The notes under the pieces were generated by a model. The model ran no database searches. It worked only from the letters and a program-made list of their open reading frames with translations, and was not told where the DNA came from. Source: an uncultured Hyphomicrobiales bacterium (GTDB taxonomy: Bacteria; Bacteroidota; Ignavibacteria; Kapaibacteriales; UBA7675). Taken from it: DNA of 64,000 nt. How positions within the stretch are numbered: position 1 is the first letter of the stretch; each line of letters starts with the position of its first letter. A program made the translations under genes and the position numbers. Shown here in pieces: positions 30,805-39,700 of this stretch. The stretch spans positions 137,880 to 201,879 of the forward strand of contig CAYULF010000004.1 in assembly GCA_964445695.1 (NCBI GenBank). Reading direction: 5' to 3'.

Positions 30805-32000
30805 CGTGCATTGAGTTCCAGTTTTTGCCAGGCAGTATCGGCGCGTTGTTGCAGGGCCGCGCGTTGTTCCTCGTTCTCAATCCACTGCACCTGACCGCTC
30901 AGGACGGACAGGCGGTCGCGCAAGCGTGCTCGCTCGACGGCGGACAGTTCGGGAGCCTCCAGTTGTTCCGCGCAACTGTTTAAGTCGGCGGCGAGCAACT
31001 CCGGATCTGGTTTTTCGGCGCGGCGCGCCTGCGGATGATCGTAGACGCGCGCCTCCTCTTTGTTTAACTCGGCGTCGACCATGGCGCGCAGTACTTCGCG
31101 CTGCTCCTCGCTGTCCCAGATGTGGCGTACGACCCAGAGATCGGACACGGCGGCTTCGGCGCGTCCGCACAGGAGAGCCCCGGCGGCAATGACACGCTGC
31201 AGTTTAACCGCGCGTCGATCGGAAATCGGGATGCCTGCGTTGCGCAGCCCCGCGATCAGATTGATAAAGGCCGGACGTACGACGTTGAGGTCTACATCCG
31301 CCAGATGCGACTGCAGCATGCGCACGTCATCCGCAGTTAACTCACCCGATGTTTGCAACGCAGGGCTTTCGAGTTTCCACCCCGCTTCCAGTACGGCGCC
31401 CAGTTTTGTTGTTGTGACGTTGTCGCACATAGCGCGCAGCAGAAAACGATCAAACAAAGCGCGCAGCGCTTCATCTTCCGGCAGTTTATTACTTGCTCCG
31501 ATAAAACTCAATGCAGGCAACCGACGCTTCTCACGTCCGCGACGGAACACGCGTTCGTTCAGCGCGGCCAGCAGCGAGTTTAATATCGCGCTGTTGGCGT
31601 TTAACAATTCATCCAGGAATACCAGATCGGCCTCGGGCAGCATGCCATCAGTGTTTGTCACCAGATCGCCCTCGCGCAGACGGCGGATATCAAAGGGACC
31701 AAACAGCTCATTCGGCTCGCTGAAACTCGTTAACAGATAGTCGAAGGTTCGGCCCTGCAGCAGCCGCCCCAGCTGGTGCACAATGGCGCTTTTGGCGGTC
31801 CCCGGCGGTCCGAGCAGAAAGAGGTTTTCACCGCCGGCCAGACAGACGCCCAGCAGATCGATAATGGTATCCTTGTCGACGAATATCCGTTTAAGTTGCG
31901 CCAGCGTTTCCTGCAGTTTGTCGGCTGCCTGACGCACTTCCGCCTTTAAACTGACTGCGACACCCTGTTCCGTTCCGACCGCCTCACCAGAATCCGACAT
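30801..32000 (-). CDS. MoxR-family AAA+ ATPase, RavA-like.
   Basis: Walker A FLLGPPGTAKS and Walker B/sensor LVFLDELLNANSAILNSLLAALNER. Strong resemblance to the E. coli RavA N-terminal module. Confidence 0.8.
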   Translation of the reverse strand: MSDSGEAVGTEQGVAVSLKAEVRQAADKLQETLAQLKRIFVDKDTIIDLLGVCLAGGENLFLLGPPGTAKSAIVHQLGRLLQGRTFDYLLTSFSEPNELFGPFDIRRLREGDLVTNTDGMLPEADLVFLDELLNANSAILNSLLAALNERVFRRGREKRRLPALSFIGASNKLPEDEALRALFDRFLLRAMCDNVTTTKLGAVLEAGWKLESPALQTSGELTADDVRMLQSHLADVDLNVVRPAFINLIAGLRNAGIPISDRRAVKLQRVIAAGALLCGRAEAAVSDLWVVRHIWDSEEQREVLRAMVDAELNKEEARVYDHPQARRAEKPDPELLAADLNSCAEQLEAPELSAVERARLRDRLSVLSGQVQWIENEEQRAALQQRADTAWQKLELNAR

Positions 32001-32074
32001 TATTGTATTCCTGCTTTGTATTCGTTTTGTCTGTTAATTTTTCGGAATTCAGACCGATTCCTGGTCGGTCCGAA

Positions 32075-32809
32075 TCAGGATTCGGGCTCAGCCGCTTCCG
32101 CTGTGTTCGACTCCGCTTCCCGTTTGTTCAACCATGTTTGCATAGCCGGAGCCAACTCGGGATAAAGCCCCAGCGCTTCGCGCACATGCATAGCCACCTG
32201 CGGATGATCCATGCGATTGTAATCTTTGGAATCGATAACACGGTCGACGTACAGTCGCATCAATGTCTCGTTGTTTAACAATACAGTGATGTCGGAAGTC
32301 GGAATTTCACCGGCGCCCACCGACGACAGCGGCCACACGCTGCACAAACGCGTGAGCTGCACATTCAGCGGGTCATCGCGCGAAATGCTCTTTGCATAGC
32401 CACATATGCCTGGCAGCAGTCGCATTGTCAGGTCGACGGAATATACGGTAGCGGCGGAATCCGCGCCCGGTTCAGGCCGACTGAAACTTCTTTCCACTTG
32501 CCGGGCATCAATATCGCGCACGACGGCAAACTGCAGCGCAAACGCAGTCGTAGCGGCGGCCCACAGTGCGGCATCGGCATCAAATGCTGGTGCAGGGCCG
32601 GGCAGCCGCAGTATGTCGTCGCGATACAGAATTTCCAGCTCTCTCAGTGCGGAATCGCGGTCCTGGATTTCGGCGGAGAATTCCGTTTCGATTTCCCAGG
32701 GTTCGCCGGCCCGCCACGCACGCAGGTTTGGCGCCAGTTTCACCATCTGCTCCTGTTTCAGCCGACATTCAAATGCCCCAATTTGCATATTTTTTGCGAG
32801 ACTGTTCAC
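32075..32809 (-). CDS. Hypothetical protein (244 aa), first gene of the MoxR-vWA operon.
   Basis: Co-directional with MoxR, 74 nt upstream. No recognisable domain. Confidence 0.5.
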   Translation of the reverse strand: MNSLAKNMQIGAFECRLKQEQMVKLAPNLRAWRAGEPWEIETEFSAEIQDRDSALRELEILYRDDILRLPGPAPAFDADAALWAAATTAFALQFAVVRDIDARQVERSFSRPEPGADSAATVYSVDLTMRLLPGICGYAKSISRDDPLNVQLTRLCSVWPLSSVGAGEIPTSDITVLLNNETLMRLYVDRVIDSKDYNRMDHPQVAMHVREALGLYPELAPAMQTWLNKREAESNTAEAAEPES

Positions 32810-33053
32810 AAGGCGCTTTTTGCGCAGTAGGATCAGCGGCAGGGTGACATCGGACTACTCTTCTCGCTTTTCGATTCACAGTTTGACGGATGAAGACGCC
32901 GTTGCCCTCGCTTCTCTCCGGCCGGCTACCTGAGCGCTGCGCCGTCGATGACTTCCGGCTGGCTTATTCTCTTGTTCGTCGTCGAGTGCAGTTCGGCGCA
33001 CAATGGAGCGTAGAGTTCAATCAGACTTTGAGACTTACAGTTTGACATGCATC

Positions 33054-33114
33054 GGTTAACAAAACAGTCAAAGAGCCTGCGGTGCGAATGGAAAGAGCGA
33101 CGCAAAGCGGTCAG
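33054..33114 (+). repeat. Dispersed intergenic element, copy 4 (long, most divergent).
   Basis: ggttaacaaaacagtcaaagagcctgcggtgcgaatggaaagagcgacgcaaagcggtcag. Confidence 0.6.
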
Positions 33115-33232
33115 AAATCAGGAGATCAAGGAGCGAAGACACACTGAGTTAAACAGTGGGAATTGCAACGTCGCGTGTGAAGTCCGCGCCGAGACTGGAT
33201 AACAATGCAACGCAATTGTTCCGACAAAGCGA

Positions 33233-33320
33233 GAAGAAATTTTGTGCAATGAGGAATTTGCAATGAGGAATTTGCAATGAGGAATTTGCAGTGAGGGTTT
33301 TGCAGTGAGGATTTTGCAAT
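33233..33320. repeat. Tandem repeat of six 14-bp units (TTTGCAATGAGGAA, degenerating toward the 3' end).
   Basis: The motif ttgcaatgaggaatttgcaatgaggaatttgcaatgaggaatttgcagtgagggttttgcagtgaggattttgcaatgaggga is read directly from the sequence. Confidence 0.85.
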
Positions 33321-33392
33321 GAGGGATTGCCAAATTGTGGCGCAATTGTTGGAGACGTGAAGTCTGGAGTTTAAAAAGGGTCCTACCCCTGT

Positions 33393-33690
33393 GTGAAATC
33401 AAGTTGGGCCCGCCCCCGCCACCACCTCCGGCATGTGGTTATCCTCCACCACACAGGCTTCCCTCCCGGTCCGAATCAGCAGATTCCGCCCGGTTTTGCG
33501 CCTGTGTCACTTCGCCGACTCGTCAGCCGACGCATGCAACATCAACACAAATTCACCGATCTCAAACCGTAAAAACTTAAACGTCCCGGAAAATCGCACC
33601 AACCGGGCAGTTTTCGCTCCTGAACGCTGCAAATTAAAAGAGACCCCATCAGTGTGCCGCCGATGAGGTCTCTATGCGCCACGTAAGCGC
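33393..33690. repeat. Conserved noncoding element, copy B, 3' of giant gene B.
   Basis: About 90% identity to 10781..11075 over ~190 nt, with lower identity continuing to the terminator. Confidence 0.7.
33631..33672 (-). terminator. Rho-independent terminator of giant gene B.
   Basis: On the minus strand: GAGACCTCATCGG / CTGATGGGGTCTC hairpin followed by TTTTAATTT. Confidence 0.55.
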
Positions 33691-33708
33691 TATGTCAAAC
33701 CATGTGTT

Positions 33709-36700
33709 TTAACGTCGGATCAAAAGTCTGGACTCCAGCGTGTGCCGCTGCCCATCGTCGCCGCGGTACTCTACCAACAGAATATATGCGCCCGCCGCCA
33801 GGGGCGCACCGCCACCGTCCTCCGCCGTCCAGCGGATTTCGTGTACGCCGCTGTTCGAGGCCGGCTGTGTGAAAGTCGCAATGCGATGGCCCGCCAGATC
33901 GTGAATCGTGCAAACAACATCGGATTCAACATCGATCGCAATCAGAACCTCTTCCCCGCTGCGCAATGGATTCGGATGAACATGCACCTGCGGCGATTGT
34001 ACGGCCGACAGTCCGGGGGCATGCGACTGTTTCGGCTGCACCACGCTGAGTGTGACAGTCGCCGTCGATTCGCCGCCGTAGCCGTCCGAGATAGTATAAG
34101 TGAATTGATCCGCGCCCGTCGTCGCGCCGGCGCTGTATTCCAGCGTCGTGCCGCCGCCGATGATTGCAACCGTTCCCAGAGAGCCGTCGGTGGCCGAATT
34201 GACCGTGAGAGTATGGCCGTCCGAATCGCCGTCGTTGTTTAGGGGCGTAATCTGAAGTGTCCCGTTCGCCGTCGCCGCGCCTGCGTTGTCGTCGGCAGCC
34301 GTCGGCACGTGATTGCGATAAAGCACGGCCACCGCGTTCTCGTCGTAGCCGGGGACGTAGATATGCTCACCATTCCAGCTTGTGGCGGGCATGATGGCTC
34401 CCGCCAGCCCGTTAATGCCGTCAACGCCGTCGCGGCAGACTTCAACAAAGGTCAGCTTGCCACTGTCGCGATCGCGCTTAAACAGAACAAGTGCGTCTGA
34501 ATCGCGCGCACCGGCCCAAACCTGTGCGCCGTCGGGACTGACCGCCACACCCGTGATGCCGTCAAGACCGTCAATGCCGCCGTTGCCGTTATCGTAACTT
34601 TCCACAAAACTCAGCGTGCCGTCTGCGGAATTCCGATCAAACAATGCAACCGCGTCGTCGGCATTGCCCGCCACATAGACGTGTTTTCCGTCGGGTGAGA
34701 CGGCGACATCAATTGCTTTGCTCAGACCATTCACGCCGCCGACGCCGTCCTTGTACATCGTCGAATATGTTAAAACTCCGTCGCTGAGACTGCGCTCAAA
34801 CAGGGCCACGGCGTTGTCACCCGTTCCGGCAACGTACACATGACGGCCGTCCAGGCTGACATCCAGGCCGATCGCCTGACGCAAGCCGTTCACTCCGTCA
34901 AGACCATCCTTGAAATACCCGACAAAGTGCAGTTCTTCCGTTGCATCGACCCGATTAAACACGGCAATTGAATTGTCCGAATATCCGCTTACCAACACGC
35001 CTCGTCCGTCGGCGCTGACAACGACACCGCGCGGACCTTTCATGCCGTTAATTGTAATGCCGTTGTCGTCCTGTCCCTTTTTCTTGCGTTCAACAAATGT
35101 CAATTCGCCACTGGCAGCGTCGCGCTTGAACACCAGCAAAGCGTTGTCGCCATAACAGGCCGCATAGAGGTATTCTCCGGCCGGGTCGATAGCCAGATCG
35201 CTGGGGTATTCCAGCCCGACAACGCCGTTCCTGAGATTGCGCACACGCATCATCCACGTGAGCTCACCCGTCGCTGTGTTGCGTTGGAACAGTGCGATTG
35301 AATGATCATTGCGACCGGCAACGTACAGAAATTCACCGTCGGGGCTGACCGTCGCACAATACGCACCGCCGAGGCCGCGCACATCGCCGACGTGGTCCTG
35401 CCTGTATTCAACAAAGGAAGCGTTGACCTGCGCAGCCGCCATCAACGGTGAGACGGCAACCAACGCTCCGGTCGCCACGCAGTTGTCTATCGACCCAACC
35501 ACGTAGTTAAACACATCGATGCCGTTAAACCCGGAGTCCGGCGTGTATTCAATTTTGCCGTTGATAATCTGCGCCTGCCCATGTGCCGGCTGCCTCACCG
35601 AGAGAATGCTCAGGCCCGTTCCGACATCGTTGTTTAACACATCAGCCACAACACTCGAAGCCGTGACCAGGACGTGGTCCATCAAAGCCTGCACAGTCTT
35701 GGGCGTCACAATCAAAGCGGTGCCGGTCGTACATCCGGCGCTTGCGGTTCGGACAAGCGAGAGTGAGGCCGAACTTGCATTCTGATCCCACACAACCTGG
35801 ATCGTTCCCGTTCCCTGTCCGCCGATAATACTGCCGCCCTCGACATTCCAGACATGCGTCGCCGTATTGTCGGAAGGCAGAGCCTCGTACGTCAACTGCA
35901 CGTTTGGACAACCACAGTTTGCACCGGTAATGGAGATTGCCGCGATCGGCTGAACCACAATGTTAAACGACGTGCTGTTTTCGAACTCACCGTCAGACAC
36001 GCGCACGGTGATCAGAGCATTGCCGAAAGTGCCGCACTGCGGTGACATGTTTAATTGCACCGTCGCCGCCGTTGTTCCCGCTACCAGATCAGCATCGGCA
36101 AACAGAGCCTGATTGCTCGACGTGGCACTGACTGTCAACTGCGAAAAAGTATTGTCGATATCGTTAATCTGCACCGCCGTCGTGACCAGTTGATTTTGGG
36201 AGCTGCTCAGGTTCGCAGGACCACTGATCGTGGGCGCGTCGTTAACCGGATCAACAGTTATGTTAAACGACGTCGAACGACTGTACTCACCGTCACCTGC
36301 TGTTACGGTGATAACCGCCGAACCATTGGCATCGGCCTGCGGCGTAAACATCAGGCTCGTCGTGGCACTGGTAGTTCCAAACCCGATCGAAGCCGATGGA
36401 ATCAGCGTTTCATTGTTTGAAACGGCATTGAGCGACAAATGTGCAAAGGGCGTATCGATGTCGCTCAGGTTGAAGCTCAGCAGCGCCGGCATATCTTCAT
36501 CAATCGTGATAGCGGCGTTGTTTGTACTGATCACCGGCGCGTCGTTAACAGGCAAAATATTGACCACGAACGTCGTCACACGCGTGTACTCGCCGTCAAA
36601 GACCGAGACTGTTACATCCACGCTGCCGTTGGCATTAGCACCAGGATTCAGAACTATCCGTGTGTTGGCGCTGGTCGGCGTCACAATTGTCAGATCTCCA

Positions 36701-39700
36701 TCGGCCACGAGCGACTGATTGGACGATGTCGCGCTCAGGATAAGACTGTTAAACGCTGTGTCTATGTCCTCCAGGTTGACGGACAAAGTCAGCGGCGTGT
36801 CTTCCAGCGTGTTAACAACTGCATTGCCGGTGCTGATCACCGGAGCATCGTTAACCGGCAGAACGTCAATAACAAATTGCTGCGTGGCACTCGAACTCGT
36901 GTTCAGACCGCCGGTCGGGCCGTTATCCTGCAATTTTACCGAAACAATTGCCTGGCCATTCTGGTTCGTCGCCGGGACAAAAGTCAGATTGCCCGTCGTA
37001 ACCGAAATCTGCGGCTGAACAGAGAACAGTGAGTTGTTGTCATTCTGCACATCAAACGTCAAAGTCTGTGTGGTTTCCGGATCGCCGTCGTCTATTCCCG
37101 TCGCAAACGCCGCGTCGTAAACTCCGCTGTCCTCATTGACCGTTATATTTGCACTCGTGTTAAACAAAGGCGTATCGTTGATCGGTTGCACATCAACACT
37201 GAAAGACGTCGTGCGTGTGTACTCGCCGTCATTCACCGAAACATACAGCACAACAAGCCCGTTTGCGTTTGTTTCAGGCGTCAGCTGAATCGTGGTATTG
37301 GCGCTCGTCGGAGTTACAACAACAATTGAACCGTCGTCGACAATGGATTGGTTGGCGCTGGTGACGGTCAAAATCAGGTTGTTAAACGGCGTATCAATAT
37401 CCGCAACATCAACGGACATTGTGAGCGGTATGTCTTCCTCTGTCGTGACAACTGAATTACTTGTGCTGATCACCGGAGCATCGTTAACCGGCAGAACGTC
37501 AATAACAAATTGCTGCGTGGCACTCGAACTCGTGTTCAGACCGCCGGTCGGGCCGTTATCCTGCAATTTTACCGAAACAATTGCCTGGCCATTCTGGTTC
37601 GTCGCCGGGACAAAAGTCAGATTGCCCGTCGTAACCGAAATCTGCGGCTGAACAGAGAACAGTGAGTTGTTGTCATTCTGCACATCAAACGTCAAAGTCT
37701 GTGTGGTTTCCGGATCGCCGTCGTCTATTCCCGTCGCAAATGCCGCGTCGTAAACTCCGCTGTCCTCATTGACCGTCACATTTGCCCCGGTTGTGAATTC
37801 CGGTGCACCATTGACCGAAACAATTGACACCGAGAATGTGGTTGAACTGCTCAGCGCCCCATCGTCAACCGAAAAGGTCAGAGTCGTGCTGCCGTTGGCG
37901 TCCACTACCGGTGTGATCACATATTTTGTGAATTCGGCCGTGGAACCAAGCTGTGCAATCGATTGCAATAACGTGCCGTCGGCCGTCGGCGGCGTCAGCG
38001 TCAGACCGGCAATCCCGGGATCCACGTCCGTCAGTTTAACCGTCAGCGTAAACTGCGCGTTCTCCGGTGAAGCAATTACCGTCTGCCGCGTGGCGATAAT
38101 CGGCTTGTCATTGATGACCGTGAGCAAAGCGTTCGTTTCGCCGCCCGGCGTGACAATGTAGAGGTCATACCCGCCGACAACGCTTAACTCACCGGCAGGC
38201 ACCGTCACCGTGGATCGCGTACGACCCTGACTGTTAACCTGTACGTTGACAGACCCGGTAGTAATCCCGGCAGGCAAAATGTGCGATGAATTTGGGTAGA
38301 CGTCCCAACCGCCGACCTCCACCTGCACCGTACCCGATGTCGCTGCGACAGTACTGGGCGTCAAAACGCTGATGGAAGGTTGGTCCAGATTCTGCCAGAT
38401 GCGCTCAGCGCCGCTGCGCGCGACGACCACATCCACACTGCCGTCATCGTCGATGTCCGCCATAGCGGCCGCACGTGAAGTCCCCGAACCGTAGGTGCTG
38501 AGCGAGTTGAGCGCCACACCGTTGTTGAAAACGAGCTGGTCATTGGATTGTCCCTGCACGTCCGAGTGTTCGGTGGCGATGAAAACGTCAATGTCGCCAT
38601 CGTTGTCCACATCGCCCGTGGCAATGCCGTGCGGCTCGCCCGTCAGTTCGAGCGAAGACTTGTTGTAGCTGAATTCGCCGATATTGCGCCAGGTGTCCAG
38701 CGAAGGGAAATTGTCCTGATCCGTCTGCAGGTCGCCTCTTGTATTGGTCGCAAAGAGAATATCCATTATACCGTCGCCGTCAACATCCATAATTGCCGTA
38801 TCCCAGGCTTCGGGCGCGCCCAGCGCCTGGCTCGTGAACGTACCGCCGTCATTGCGCAGAATCAGCGAGGCCGCGCTTTCCTGCGCGCCGACGATGTCCG
38901 GCAATCCGTCGTTGTTTAAGTCCCCGATCGCAACGGCAACCAGGTCGCTGCCGCTCGCCAGCACACTCGTGGCAAACCCGGCCGAACCGTCGTTAAGCGC
39001 TAAAACAAGATCGTCGTTGCGCGCCAGCACCGCATCCAGGTCGCCGTCGCCGTCCATGTCGTACAGCGCCACGTCGTCGCCGTCTGTGCCGCCAAACCAG
39101 GAAATGGTAAACGTGCCGTCGCCGTTGTTTAACCACATTTCGGCCGCCGCCGCACCGCCACCGCTGCTCATGTTGGCCAGCATGGCATCAAGGTCGCCGT
39201 CGCCGTCCAGATCGCCGAGTGCCACGGCATAGTGATTGTTGCCGCCAAAGTCCGTCGTGCTGAAATCCCCGCCGCCCTGATTTAACCAGATCTGCGAATT
39301 GCCGCCGGTGTTGGCCGCGATCGCGTCAATCAGACCGTCTCCATTGAGATCCCCGAGAGCAATGTCACGGGTCTCGCCGCTGCCGAAATTCCTGTCGACC
39401 AGCACGCCCGAGCCGGACTGTACCTCCGCGCGGAACTCGTAGACGTGCGCGTGGTCAATCGGCAGATTGCCGTGGCTCTGCACGTCTTCGCTCACCGAAA
39501 ACAGGATGCGTTCGTTCGGGTAGGCATTGCGCCCCATATTGAAGTCGATCGTGCGAAACACATCGACGGAGGAAATGCTGGAATGCGTCGTTAGACCGCC
39601 CTGCATGCCTTGCAGCGTGAACTGTCCATAACCATCGGGATAGGAGAGTGTTGAAGTTGTCGCAGCAATCGGATGATTAAACTTCAGCGACACTGTTCCG

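Noticed and set aside
33233-33320. Possible CRISPR array.
   Set aside because: Units are contiguous 14-mers with no spacers and no cas genes nearby. It is a simple tandem repeat.
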